The notes: generated by a model not told the origin, from the sequence alone. A stretch of 64,000 nt of DNA from Macrostomum lignano (GCA_002269645.1 NIVC01001157.1:248001-312000), one strand, 5' to 3'; shown: positions 44,951-58,031, numbered from the stretch's first letter. A program made the numbers and translations.

Positions 44951-45700
44951 TTAAATTGCCTTCAAAGTTCTATTCCCGCAGCTCGGCTTTAAGCAAAGGT
45001 GGCAGGCCCTGGTAACCTTGCTCGGCGGCAATTCTGTGGGCCACTGATCCGGCCGCCTGCCGGTTGAACAGTCCGCCCGATAGCTTTTCAGCGGCCAGGC
45101 TGGTGGCTCATTCAAAGAGGCTGACCCGATACAGCCGGTCCTCAGCCCGGAGCTGCGCCGACAAGTCCGGTGGCAACCCCTCGAAGATATTCCCGCGCAC
45201 GCCGGCCAATAGATGATGTCGGCGATTTCAATCGCCTGCCGCTCTCTTATCCACGCGGCTAAATCCTCCATCGAGGAGGCGCGACTAATCGGCCACGACG
45301 GCGGCGCCTTTGCCCTAGCCTCTGGGCAAGGTCCTGGCGGCCTGACGTTACGAGCATGTAACGGGGTGACCGTAGCCACCTGGGCAGCAGCGCGGCGCAG
45401 CTTAATAAAGAGCTGCTTGCCCGCCGGGCCGCAAAATCGCCCTCCTCTTCTACCACGTTTTCGCGAGTTTGGTGGGTGCCCTACGGGGTCGCTCCATCCT
45501 TTGAACTGCGCGCCTGTTTTGCCGCGCTGGCTCCTATCAGGCGCAAGCCCCCGGCTTGCTGCACCACTGCATCGCCGCTATCAGATGGCACCAGCCGGTT
45601 AAGGCGTAGCGGCGAGGCAACAGTCTCCATCGGTGAGTCTGGAGCTCCATCGATAGTAAGTCTGTCCTCTCGATCAGCGGAGCTGGTACTGGTGCTATTC
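44951..45700 (-). pseudogene. Unknown protein, paralogue of 30363-30920 (frameshifted)
   Basis: NVRPPGPCPE...SRASSMEDLAAWIRERQAI; the alternative frame gives FEGLPPD...LRAED...YRVSLFE. Confidence 0.55.
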
Positions 45701-45802
45701 CACGCCTTTTTACATGACTCAGAATCGAACTTTTCATAGTTTACTTTTCAGTGAATACTTTGTACATTTCATCACCACTGTCTATGTCGCGGAGTATGAG
45801 TG

Positions 45803-46600
45803 CTACCTTGTACCAAGAATCATAGTCTTGGTCTTGGTTTTTGTGTGCATTATATTTAACAACTTTGAAACTCCTTCACAAGTGGGTGGTGGAACGTCGC
45901 TTTTTAGTGCCTTTTTATCGGATTCTTGGTTTTCCGTTTTATCCTGTGGCTTAATTAATCTATTTATCTCATCAAGAATTACATCTGGCATGTCTATTAA
46001 GCCTTCGGGCTTTATATGTTTGTATTCCTTAATTTTACCATTCACATAATAGAAACCTGGTGGAGCAAATACTAAAGCCGGAATATCAAAACCCACTCTT
46101 TGTTGAATTTTTTTTTATCTATCTACCTTGTTAAAGTAAAAGTGGTGACCCTTGTTTGTCTGAACAATCCAATCACAATGAGTCATACACAGTTCATTCA
46201 ACTCAGGGCATAGGTCAGCATCATCAATATCGATTACGGTTATATTTGAATTTCGAGTATCTATCCAAATCATGTTGTCTACCTCTGGTCGAAATGGTGG
46301 GGAGGTTGAATTCCTATCTGCTTTGGTTGGCATTCCTGACGGTATTTTTTTCTTTGTTTTACTATTCCATGTTATACTGCAACTTCCGAATCTAAAATTA
46401 AGTTCTCCATAGAGATTAATTAGTTTATCGTACAATTTTGTTTGTTTTAAATTTCTCAACCTTGGTGGTGGGGCATCATGGTTTTGAAGGGGATCCTGTA
46501 CGATCACAGGAGAGAAACTTAAATCGTTTTGATTTTTTCCTTCCATTTTATTAAAAATAAATTTAACAATATAATTCATCAGTTGCAATGTACTTCTCAA
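45803..46600 (-). pseudogene. Primase-polymerase (Prim-Pol, AEP superfamily) domain gene
   Basis: NITVIDIDD (DxD), VQTNKGHHFYF (sxH motif), then after a poly-A frameshift GFDIPALVFAPPG and MPDVIL. Confidence 0.78.
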
Positions 46601-47109
46601 GGGTTATGGGGAGTTTGAAAATGTTCAATTTCAGCATGACGAAAAATTCATCATTCCCTTTGTGCTGTCTCGAAGTCGATGCCCATTTATCAACATGTGC
46701 AAGATATACTCTAATGAATACAAATATGGGGGCATTTAAAATCGGTGTGTTTTAATATTTCTGCTTTATATTCATCGTAAGCTTATCAATTTCTTCAATT
46801 CGTCGAGCCTTTCGAGTGGTGTTTTTATTTGAGAAAATGATTTAATATAATCATAGTACTTTTGTGATAGAGCATTTCGTACATTTGGGCTATTAGCTTC
46901 CATTTTTTCTAGGAAAATTTAAGTCACAATCTGATTCAAGTGGAAGTGAACCCGTTACCAACAACAGACCTCATGCTGAGAATATGTAAATGCAGACTTA
47001 TCGAATCGGCTGTAGTGTGTTTACAAATTTCTGAATATAGTGGACTTACCCCCAGATTGTTACATTTAGTAGTTGACTGAGCCTTCTCTTCTTCCTTTGG
47101 TGTTGCTTT

Positions 47110-47547
47110 AAGCCCTTTACGCTTGTATAACTTTCAACATCTCTAGGGGTTCGTTGTAGCCTTTCAGCTTTTTTAATTCTTCGGCTGCTTTTGCTGCGTC
47201 AATTTCTCCTTTCACAGCGGTAGCTATAGAACCTGCTGCTGCTCCTGCTTGTGCAATTAGAGGTTGGTTGTCTTTTACTAAGTTTCCTACTTGCCTAGCA
47301 AAGATGCAAAACCCTCTCCTCGTGTATTTTCGTCTCTATACCCAAGTCTGCCATATTGTTCTTTTGTTATATTCATTTCAGCTTCTATTTTTAGGGGGTA
47401 GAAAAATTCGTGCTCGCGAGCCCAGTAGTGGTCAATGAGTAAGACAGGAATGCAAAAGACTCTTAAGACACAAAAGAGGGCTGACTCAGCCTGAGCGGAT
47501 CTGGTGGAGCACGCTGGGCGCCGTTTATTCAAATAGATGGTGTGCAT
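47110..47547 (-). pseudogene. Core-protein-like gene relic
   Basis: RGEGFASLL...NLVKDNQPLIAQAGAAAGSIATAVKGEIDAAKAAEELKKL resembles 15575-15802; GEG...NLVK recurs at 57528-57740. Confidence 0.45.
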
Positions 47548-48789
47548 TTTACTCTATCAAGTAAAATTAGTCAGACACTAGCACAATGTTCTGCTATATT
47601 TTAAAAAGATGCGTTCTTGGATATAATTCAAAGCGATTCAGTCACTATAATGAATCTTGATGAAGAATTATGAATCCTGATTCATTGGCTCCTCTATACC
47701 TCCTGTTCGTCTTGGTCGCGGGAATTCTCGAATGTGGTGGTTCCTGCTGTGGCGGCGGCGGCGGAGCGTATAGAGTGTAGTGTGCGTACGCACAGTATGG
47801 TACGCCCGGGCAGTCTGATTGGCTGCGGAGTGGGGTGGGTGCCGCCACCCCAATTCTAACTCCATAATATATAGACGCGTGCCCAGCGCGGCGAGATTTG
47901 TAAGAGTTTGGCTACACAGCAAACACGGCCTCTGACTCAGTTACTAAATGGAGGTGGTGGTTTAATTGGAATTAAAGCAGCGGCATTACCAAGTATTTGC
48001 TCCTGCTGTAGCTGATTATGAACACTATCAATAGAGCGCTCTTTTCGTATGAGCTTTTGAGCCAGCTTCAGCAGTGCTATATCCGCGTTGATCTCGTTGA
48101 AATTATCTCGACATCGTTGAAGAAATTGTTCGGCCGTCATTGTGAAGACAAAATGTGTCTTTGAATACTGATCCATATAAACGGCTAGAAATGTGTTGGC
48201 TTCAACTCTGTATGAGGGATGTTGCGCGCGAAGAGTTGGTCTCCCGGCTACCATTTCGTTTTTTCTTAGATGACAGCCTTATATAATAACTTATTTATGT
48301 ATAGTGATAAAACCATCTTTGCGCCAAAACTTATATATGCAAACGCGCACCAATCTACACTCATTCCGTTTTCACAAGTAATTTTTATTGGTTGGCAAAA
48401 TATTGTCACTGGCAAAAATTTCATTCTGGCAAAAATTATAATTCTGCCAGTGTTTCTAAGAATAGACTTCCTAAAACCTGCTGAATCCTGTATAATCAAG
48501 GATTGTGTTAGATTTTTTTTCATTGTGGCACTGAATGCGAGTGCTCGGGGTTGGTCAATCTGGCTATTTTGTATGGTAGATTACTACTGCCAGTGAAAAA
48601 AATATCATGTAACATACTAGGGGTGAAAATGAATAATTCTAACACCCACAGGTTTAGAGAAGTGTGACTTACTGCGGAAGCTTTGGATTGTGCACTTATA
48701 CGCAGTTAACTAGTTTTCGCTTGCCCATTGAATGGTTTAGAAAGAAATAATGGTTTACTGAAGGCCATTATATACATATATTAATTTAC

Positions 48790-49129
48790 TAATTTACTAT
48801 CGTTAAATTGGATGACACTTTCATATTGTATATACCTGAAATTGCATTGAATTGACCCGTGAATCCAACTTTTTTCATGGTTTTACTCTCGAAATCGTGA
48901 AAATTGCACTTTTTTTAATATTTGAAAATCACAAAAATCGCTGTTTTCAGACCATTTTTCCATATTTTTATTCATTTTCACTTATTTTTAGCGATTATCA
49001 AAATGAGTGAGGGCATGAGGGCGAGGGCACCCTCCTTTTTAAAAAGTATAAAAATTCTGAAAAATCTGTGTTCTGTGAAATATACCACAGGCCAATGCCC
49101 CCACATACCCCCACCCTCAACACCGTCAC

Positions 49130-49168
<39 letters not shown>

Positions 49169-49323
49169 ATAATATTTATATTTTTATACTTATCACACAC
49201 ACCTTGCAACAATGACCTCCTGGTAGTAGTAGTGTTATATAAGGGGCTGAGTCATCCAGCGAGCTGGCGCGCAATGCGCCCGAGCAATAAGTGTGGCGCA
49301 GCCCCTTTTATCATACTACTACT
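48790..49323. repeat. Subterminal region plus 99-nt terminal hairpin (49225-49323) of the same Polinton-like family
   Basis: Homologous to 43000-43280 and 43840-43960. AGTAGTAGTGTTATATAAGGGGCTG pairs with CAGCCCCTTTTATCATACTACTACT. Confidence 0.8.
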
Positions 49324-49631
49324 GATATTATCCCTGACACAATCATAAAAAGGGGGGTCGAATTTGCTTCGAAAAATTCGAAAATAATCCTCCTAAATCC
49401 ATCCATATTATCCCTGACAGAATCAAAGCATAACAGGTGTCCTAAATAATCCACTGACATCCGCCCATAGCATCTTCGAAACAATCGAAAAATAATCTGC
49501 ATTTATCTCCCCACATTCAATTCGCAACGCGAAACCAGATCCCTAAGACTTTAGCGAGGGCGCTCATCCTCCGAAAAAAATCTTTTTTCTGAATCTTGAT
49601 TGTTTTTTATATGCTTACGAAGTATCGTGAG

Positions 49632-49931
49632 TTGAAATTTTCTGTCGCTAAAAATATTCACTCTGAACTACTACTTCTACTAGCAGTAGGTTAAAAATGT
49701 ATTTTAGCATTTTCTGCTTTTTTATTAGAGTTTACAAAACTTCGTAAATTGAAATTTTCTGTCGCTAAAAATATTCACTCTGAACTACTACTTCTACTAG
49801 CAGTAGGTTAAAATATATTTTAGCATTTTCTGCTTTTTCATTAAAGAGTTTACGAAGCTTGGTAAATTGGAATTTTCTGTCGCTAAAAATATTCACTCTG
49901 GACTACTACTTCTACTAGCAGTAGGTTAAAA
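49632..49931. repeat. ~117-bp tandem repeat, ~2.5 copies
   Basis: Unit starts TTGAAATTTTCTGTCGCTAAAAATATTCACTCTGAACTACTACTTCTACTAGCAGTAGG at 49632, 49749 and 49867. Confidence 0.92.
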
Positions 49932-50272
49932 CTGCTAGACATGTGTCAAGATTCCAATTAACAAAATAACCAGATTATCTTGATTCAGTTATCATTTATT
50001 TTAATAATTAAGCAGGCTTTGAAGTTAGAAAAGGCTTAAAAATTACAACCATAGTGTCTTTAGATTAACGACTATAAGTCCATGTTAACAATGCTCAGTT
50101 GTTCAAAAGAGCTCAGTTGTTCTGAAGATCGGCTTCATCCATAGCTGCTTGACCTTCTCCATCACCAGCAGGCTGGCCAGCTTCATCATATGCAGCGAAA
50201 AGTTGAGTGGTAGTATTCACATTAGAGTACTATAGTTTTATAAAAGAGAGGCAGAGGGGAGAGCGCAGCATA

Positions 50273-50462
50273 CATATTGGCCTGCCTAATAATACACACG
50301 GTTTTTCCTTCACTTCACGCATATTGGGTGGGCCAATAATACACACGGTTTTTCCACCGCCTCACACATATTGGGTCTACCAATAATACACACTGTTTTT
50401 CCTTCATTTCACACACATATTGGGTGGGCCAATAATACACACGGTTTTTCCGTCACTTCACA
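50273..50462. repeat. 47-49-bp tandem array, 4 copies
   Basis: CATATTGGGTGGGCCAATAATACACACGGTTTTTCC core at 50273, 50320, 50367 and 50416, each followed by a variable 11-13-nt tail. Confidence 0.9.
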
Positions 50463-51170
50463 CAGATAACTCACAGTAATCATCGAGAAGGCCCTGAAGT
50501 TCAGCCGCTGATGGAGGTCTTGTTGGGGGAGTCGGATCTAGCCAATCTGCTGCATCCGATTGCCACAACCTTTCGCTCCGAATCGTCTTTGAGTTGTCAT
50601 GCAGTAATGTAGCCGAAACAGAGCAAAAGCGGAGCCGCGGAAGCTCGGTCACCAGAGTATAGATGTTATGGCGGGATTGCACGTGGAAGTAACTCACGCT
50701 GAACAGTTCTGCCAAGCTTTTTAATGTCTGCTGATGCCTTGTAATAAATTGGTCATGCACTTTTCTAAGAAAAAATACTGCCACCCAAGTTCGCTGGTTG
50801 AATATTTGGTCCTGCTTAACCAGGTTTTCATGCAGTTCCGGCACCCCATTGTCAACAGGACCTCGGCGTGTGATGTCGTTGCAGATGGCTTCTAACTCCC
50901 CCTCACTAATAACCTCTGCCTGAGCCGCTTGCTCGTTCTCATATTGAAGCGAACTTCGAAGTTTATGAAATACATCCGTGGCTCTCTCCTTTATCTTCCG
51001 TATTTTCATTTCTTCACTGACTCGCATATGCCTTTCTTCATCTTCAGATAATCTTGCCCAAAGTTCTCAAACCATGTCTTTAACGTTATCCTTATGCTCT
51101 TCAACAAAAAATTGATCGATGAAATCGATAAAACCTGTCAGATCTTCCATGGTGATTCTGGCTGTAGTTG
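50458..51170 (-). pseudogene. All-helical ORF family member
   Basis: 189-aa ORF that extends upstream through one stop to MFNATTARITMEDL; homologous to 23286-23940 at both ends. Confidence 0.65.
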
Positions 51171-51773
51171 CATTAAACATTTTGTCTACAAATATATATA
51201 AGTAGAGTGTTTTAAATAGTTTAGAATTAAAAAGTAACTGAAAGTTACAGAAAATGGTTTAAAGTAAATCAGGATTTACTTACGAAGATACTATGCGAAT
51301 TCGAGCGTCCGCTAGAAACAATTTCTCCTATTTCTCCTATTTCTTTCAGCAGTCTGCCTATTTCTTTACTGGGCGCGCGCAATACTGCTCTCTCAACCCC
51401 CAGCTATTTCAGCAGTCTTCCTAGTTCTTTATTAGGAGCATGCAATACAATTAGAATGCCCCTCTCCCATTAGAAAATTCCAGAAAATTCTAGACTACAA
51501 TCTTGGAGTCAAGCAGGGAAAAAACAATCGATATAGCTCAGTGTACGATAGAAAGTGAGGGGTGAGAATTCTCTGTACACAGAGCATAGGGTGATGAGGT
51601 GAGGAGCATGAAGGAGAAGCATGGTGGAAAGAGAGATTTTAGCCGAAACCAGTGTGCTCAAGACTGTACACTTGTGTGGAGAGAATAGAAGCGAAGGCCA
51701 GAAGGCCAGAAAACTTAACTCTTCTCCCAAACACCCGCCAATTCAAAAAATGAGCTGAATTTTCTTGCTTTAA

Positions 51774-52210
51774 TCATTCTGTTCTCTCAACCCCCAGCTC
51801 TTTCAGCAGTCTTCCTAGTTCTTCACTTGGCGCATGCAATACAAAACCCGCCCCTTCTCCCAAACAGCCGCCAATCCCCAACCCCAACTTTGTCTTTCCA
51901 ATAATAACAGCTTTAACTAGCTTCCGAGCGATCGATTCCCTCCACCCCCTTGAAGTCCCCATATTGTCTAATCTCCTAAGTATTTCTTTGTCCCAGCGAT
52001 TCTTCTCCTCAGGAAAATCCCTATACAGTGTACTTAATGTCGTGCCACATGCAGACAGAGTCTAGCTCGTTCACAGGCTCATGTCATGCCCAGGATTTGG
52101 ATTATTGTTTTTATCTAACTGAATTTCAAGCGGATTCAAAGGCCCGCAATATTTGTAGCCAGGAATTGTCCAGCCTTTGTTTGGATGAGGAAGCTTTTCT
52201 ATCAGTCCAT
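51774..52210 (-). pseudogene. PLA2-domain Polinton protein, second copy
   Basis: Nucleotide-level match to 24144-24570, including GWTIPGYKYCGPLNPL. Confidence 0.8.
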
Positions 52211-52269
52211 GTGAATTTAAGTTACCACCAGAGCGTTGCATTTTATTAAAAATTTTCTTAAAAAATTAC

Positions 52270-52640
52270 AGGGCAGAAACCTCAAAAGCTCTACTACAGC
52301 GACAAAGTATTCTTTGTAGAAAAAAAATGCTGTCACCAAACTCGCAGAACTAAGTAATGAATCAAAACAAACAGTTGAAAGATGGCTATTCAAGCAAGCA
52401 CTCTACCAAGTCTATTTCCCACCAGTAAAATTTGAAAGGCCCCATTTCAGTATTTATAAACCGAATCAGGTGCATCAGGCAGATTTACTCTTTATGCCCA
52501 ATGACTCAAGGTTCAAGTATGCTTTGACTTTCATTGACATTGCCTCCAGATATAAGGAAGCTCGCCCACTCAAGACGAAGAAGTCAGAAGCAGTTGCAGC
52601 TGCCCTCCAAGAAATTTACAAAAACTCTCCTCTAACCTAT
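52270..52640 (+). pseudogene. Polinton rve integrase, second copy, truncated
   Basis: HQADLLFMPNDSRFKYALTFIDIASRYKEARPLKTKKS. Confidence 0.88.
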
Positions 52641-55496
52641 CGGTCGAACTGTGTAGTGGCATCCGCTCGTTTGGCCGGGCTCGGATTGCGGCACTGATAG
52701 CCTCGCCCAGTTCTGTTCGGCTGAACAAGCGAGGCGGCGATGAAGCGGGTGATGGGTGGCAAAAACGCGGCGTCGGAGGCGTGGGCGGTGTCGGAAAGTC
52801 GTCTAAATTTACGACAACCGACTGCGGCGGCGGCGACAATACTCCTAAATACTGAGCAGGAGGCGGTGAGTTCTGATGAGGCGGCGTGTGTAAGACGTCG
52901 ATCCGTGGATCGAAAAGAGCTGGCGGGGCCGCGTTTGGCGAAGCCTGTGCGCCTGGGGCCATCAGCTCTTGAAGCGCTGGGAGCAACTCCTCGCTGGGCT
53001 CCTCTTGTAGAGAGCTCGACAGGCTGCTGATTAAGTCGAGCACATTCCCGGCCTTATTCAGGCGCTGCTGCACCGGTGAGCTGCGAGCCGGTGGCTCCGT
53101 GGGTGGCTGCGCTGGTGGGTAACCAGGCCGAACTGGCGAGGTTGCGGCCTCCGCGATTTGTCAGTAGTTGGTAGCCGGGTACCAGCAGCAATCACCTGCG
53201 GTGGGTCAAGCCGGGGCTTGATGGCGGCGGCTCGCTCTCTGGCGACCGCTAGGCGATCGCTAAGGTGAGGCGGCTGCAGCGGTGCTTGCATTTCGTTGTA
53301 CCAGGTTGAGGCTTGAATACCACTGAGCTCCTTTCAGTTTGGCGAAGGTTTCTTGAAGGTGCGGGATCGGGTACGGGTGCTTCAGCGTCACATCGTTGAT
53401 CGCTCTGAAGTCGTGCACAATTCGAATCGTCTTGTCCTTCTTTGGTACTAGGATCATCGGCGAATTGTAGCTGGAGTACGTTGGCCGTATGATGCCCTTC
53501 TTCAGCATATCATCGAGCATCTGATCCAATTGCGGTCGTAGATGCGGAGGTATCCGGCGAGGAGGAATCGCGATTGGCGTCGAGTCTGTGAGCACTATCT
53601 CATGAGTTACCAGGTGTGTCAGTCCGTGGTCCACTGGAGTAGAAAGAATGCCTTCTCGCATTCCTTGAGTAAATCTTGAACCTGGTGCCTCTGGTGGCTG
53701 TTCAGCTGGTCTCCGATGTCGACCTCGTTGATCCAACTGTCAGTCGTTTCTTCAGCCGTTAGCAGTTGACGGACTTCTGGCTCATTCGACTCGCTGAAGT
53801 ACTCGAGGTCCTGGGTCTTGAGTGGCGTAACTCCCATTAGCATGTTGCGACGCAAGTGAACCTCTGTATCTGATGGGTTAAGTACTTCCATCACTCCTCG
53901 ACCTTCTGTCATCGTATGCAGGACCGGGGCTGCGTCTAACTGGTGATGCTTCGCTTGCAGTCCTGATTTGAGTGGTTCGATAATCATCGGTGAACCGTAG
54001 TTCTGCTGATGACCTTCGGCTAGTTTAATGGCGACGAGGCAGGAACATTGAGGCGGCAGAGTGCATTTTTCAGCGACGTACACTCGGCAGGCCTTCAGTT
54101 CTCTCCTTGAATAGCGTACCGGAAGTCGGGTGCCTTGTCGAAATGTGAGCATTCCTTGCTGGAAGTCTAGTCCTTGGCAATGACTCCGCATGAAATCAAT
54201 TCCTAAAAGATTTTCACAGTCTCCTTTGGCGACGAAGAATTCGGTTTCCGCGACATAGTCCCAGAATTCAACTAATAGGATAACCTTGGCGGCGAGACTT
54301 AACTCGGTCCCGTCGTACATAGCGACTCAGTTAGGGTAAGCAGGTGCAACTATACAACGTGGTGGACGACGCCTAATGGCGGCCCAAGTGGACGCTCCGA
54401 GGAAGTTTCTTCTGCTTCCGCTGTCTAGCAGAAAAGCGACCTCTCGTCGAGCCACTCGTCCTGTAATAAATGGATCGGCGTCATGCGCATGGACTGTATT
54501 TACAAAGGAGGCGTTCACGAAACCTCCATCGACCGTTTCTTCGATTACTGACGACTCGGACGAGTCAGCTACCGCCGCTCCGGGGCCATACTCTTCCGGG
54601 TAGTGTTCGGGTAGTGTTCGGCTGTGGCTTGCTGTGCCAACGTGTTGAGTAGATGCTGCCGCTGCTGCATCATTGCAGATTGTTGCTCAACGACTTTTTC
54701 CAACTTCGAAAGGGCGCTGTTGTTGGGCTCCTTTGAGGCTTGTCCCTTCCCGTCCAACATTCTGACCGGGGGCTCGTTTGAACGATGAGCCAGGTCTTTG
54801 GCTAGTCCATCCTCTTCAGTGCTCGCAATGCTTCGCTGAGTGTCGTAGGTCGGATCCAGAAAAGTTTCTCGCGGCAGTCTGATTGAAGAGTTGATTCGGG
54901 AGGTGATCAGTCACCCGAAAACTCCCACTTCCAGACACTTAAGCCTGGGAACAAAATCAGTGATCACTTACTGTGGCGGGCTCTTCTTCTGTGTCGGGCA
55001 GGTTCTACGAGCTCCTTCCTTGTTTCTTCTTTGTTGCGCGCGTTTGTAGAGTTCGCTTCTTCCAATCTTCTTCTCCGGAGGAATCTTCTTGAAGTCTTCG
55101 AAGTCCAAAGTCGGCCGAGAGTGAGAGCAGAACAGTGAAGTTGACGTCGAAATATCTCCTTGAGTGCGGGATTCAGTACGTTTCTCGAGTGTCAAATCAC
55201 TATCAACAGTGCGCCCTAATAAGCTCAAATTCTAACGCGAGGTCCTCCAAAGGGGGCGTCTTCTTCTAGATCTAACGGAATCGGAGTCGTGTGCTCCTAT
55301 CGGTTAATCTAGGATAATCCAAATCAACAGTCAGTAATCCTCTAAGGGTATCGGAATCGTTCCGCAGATCCTATCCAATCCCTTAAGAAAATGGGAGGCC
55401 TCGAATAGTCTCAGTAAAGTCAACGGATCAGCAACGGCCGGCCGGCAATAAAATCGCTCTCAGTAGTATAGGAAAAGTAGGTTTGAGCGCAACCCA
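52640..55496 (-). mobile_element. Ty3/Gypsy relic (gag, protease, start of RT)
   Basis: Protease FLLDSGS, LLGIDFM, linker, RT start IPPHLR...MLKKGIIRPTYSSYNSPMILVPKKDKTIRIVHDFRAIN. Deleted downstream. Confidence 0.85.
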
Positions 55497-55499
55497 TTT

Positions 55500-55690
55500 T
55501 GAAAAATCACAAAAAAACAGATAAAAATCGACTAAAAACAGGTGAAAATTGTCTGAAAACAGTGATTTTAGTGATTTCAAAACTTTTGAAAAATTGCTTT
55601 TTGCGCGATTTCGTGACTAAAACCACAAGAAAGTTGTGATTCGTGGGTTAAAATAACCTATTTTCAGGTTTAATCATTTCAAAACTAGCA
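55500..55690 (-). repeat. Third, inverted copy of the subterminal region seen at 43050-43200 and 48830-48990
   Basis: Its reverse complement contains AATCACTGTTTTCAGACAATTTTCAC and GGTTTTAGTCACGAA. Confidence 0.7.
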
Positions 55691-56689
55691 TCAAATTTAA
55701 TAATAGTCATTTCTCCCATTGCATAACGCCCTTCAATAAGCCAATCTTACTAGCTTTGCTTTTAACGATCAGTCAGCTACCATCTATGCATAAAAATTGT
55801 CCACTCGAGGCAATACAATGCTTCTACAAAAGTCAATAATTTGCTCCACATTCGCTTTGTCCCGAGACTTTAAAATGGCTTTAATGCTGTTTTAGATTTT
55901 TACTTAAAGATAATAGAAGACATTCAAGAACATGGAGTGCTTATTTAAATTTTTCGTGGCATGCATACTCGACTACTAGAGCACTAACCGCAGCACTCAA
56001 CATTTCTATTGGCTGCCTAAATTTCTGCCAAAACCAAAATGTTTGCCAAAATTTCTGCCAAAAAGTGTTTGGTTTTGGCATCCAATAGGAGTGGCTCGTG
56101 CAAATCTTTTGTGTTCACCCTCTATCTAGCTGTAAAAAAGACATGAAGTGGGCCACGCAAGTTACAAACGAACAATGCTCGCAACCCTACCTACGGACGA
56201 TTTCACTAACCCTTTTCTAAATTATGTATCTTAAAAATGGAACAAAAAGTATGAGAAATTCTCCTCAAAGCAATTGTTATATTGTGACTCAGCTTTAACG
56301 TCGTGCGAAACCCACACTGAGTGGTCAAATAGTATGGTCAAATAGGCTCTCGCAGGAACTCTAACAATTGGTCAAGGACAGCTTCCATTACATAAAGTTA
56401 AATTTAATTCACGTAAATCAAAATTGCTTTAATGAAAATTAATTATAAAAATTTAAAAAAGATAACAGCGGAGATACTATTTTTTCACTCCTTAAAATCC
56501 GTTCTTAGGTTACACTTCGCATAACTTATGCAAATAATAATAATGGTTTTGTATTTTAAATATTAAAGTAGTGATTATTAAAACAGAAACAAAAAGTCCT
56601 CAAACGCCTATGAAGAACAAAATTAAAACATTAGAGCAATTTATTAATATTGACAAATTAGTCCATGGTCACCACAAGTCATCAATCAT

Positions 56690-57223
56690 CTAGTTTTGGT
56701 TAGGTGATGAAGCAGCAGTGCCTCGGATGTCAGCAGTGCCTCGGTTGTCAGCAGTGCCACGGTTGTCAGCAGTGCCTCGGTTGTCAGCAGTGCCTCGGTT
56801 GTCAGCAGTGCCTCGGTTGTCAGCAGTGCCACGGTTGTCAGCAGTGCCTCGGTTGTCAGCAGTGCCTCGGTTGTCAGCAGTGCCTCGGTTGTCAGCAGCG
56901 ATCTCATAGGGTGGTGGAAGGCTATCTTCTTCAGTATCCAAATCACCAATCGCTTGCATGGCTTGAGATTGGCTTTGATAGGATAGTGCAATAGCTTGCA
57001 TGCTTTTTCTTTTTGACACATTTTCCTTCAGAAGCTTCAGGAGCTTATCCTCCTCCGTAAAGGACTTGAATGTATCTAAACCTTGTAGCTTATTGATTAG
57101 TCTCTCAGAATCTAGATCTGCAAATATAGTTAATGGCATGAGCCTTCGAATCTTTTGCTTTGTGAGTTCGAATTCCTTTCGATGATCCCTATATCTCTTG
57201 CGAAGTTCATTTTCGGATGGCAT
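56690..57223 (-). CDS. Hypothetical 177-aa protein with a (GTADNR)n tail
   Basis: Helical N-terminus followed by ~10 copies of an 18-bp unit (56713-56898). Confidence 0.55.
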   Translation of the reverse strand: MPSENELRKRYRDHRKEFELTKQKIRRLMPLTIFADLDSERLINKLQGLDTFKSFTEEDKLLKLLKENVSKRKSMQAIALSYQSQSQAMQAIGDLDTEEDSLPPPYEIAADNRGTADNRGTADNRGTADNRGTADNRGTADNRGTADNRGTADNRGTADNRGTADIRGTAASSPNQN

Positions 57224-58031
57224 GTCTATTAAAGCTTTTTATTGTTGCAATGAATTTGGAGAGAATTATCAGCCATCTTTCCAAATTCATTCCTGTATTA
57301 ATATTATGTTAAAATACAAAAGCAGCGCATAAACTCAATTCTCATTGGTGCCTCATTGATGACAACCAATGAGAAAGCGACACCGGGTGAATGGAATGCA
57401 ACTTTGCAGGCTCATGCCAGATGCAGAAAAAATTCTATCCACATGAGTCAGAATTGTAGTTACTTGAGATGCATGGCATTTTTTTCTGCATTTCTTCATT
57501 TCTAAGGCATTTTCTAGAAATAATGGTTTATTGAAGGCCATTTTTATAAAAAATAAATTTAAGTAATCTACATTTAAGTGTCCTATGAAAGGAGGTAGAT
57601 TTCTCTTTTACTAAGTTGGATGTGGCGCTTATCATATCAAAAGTTTCAAAAAGACCCTCTCCATTGTACAAGTCTAGTGGCTCACCTATCTTGCGTGAAT
57701 CTATATTTAGTAACAAAAAACACAAAAGACTTTCAGACACAAAAGACCTCTCGTGAGCACAAAAGAGGCTAGTTTATTTGAACTGCACAAAATGTCTGCC
57801 AAAAAGTTTTTAATTTTAGCATCCAATAAAAATGACTCAGGCAAGTCGCTAGAAAATGTACCACGTCAGATAGAATAGATAGGTATTAATGAATGATAAT
57901 GTCTCCTTAGCATCCACCCCAAAAACAGATACTGCAGTTTTCAAATTTGAGGTTGCTGCCAATTATGCTCACATCTGTCTCATTTAACAAATAGCTCACA
58001 GCACCCACCCCAAAAACAGATACTGCAGTTT

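Noticed and set aside
50273-50462. CRISPR-like repeat-spacer array
   Set aside because: The variable parts are only 11-13 nt and similar to each other, no cas genes are present, and the context is eukaryotic.
55485-55496. Primer-binding site for the minus-strand Gypsy (TGGGTTGCGC)
   Set aside because: I cannot match it confidently to a tRNA 3' end, and no adjacent LTR is recognisable.
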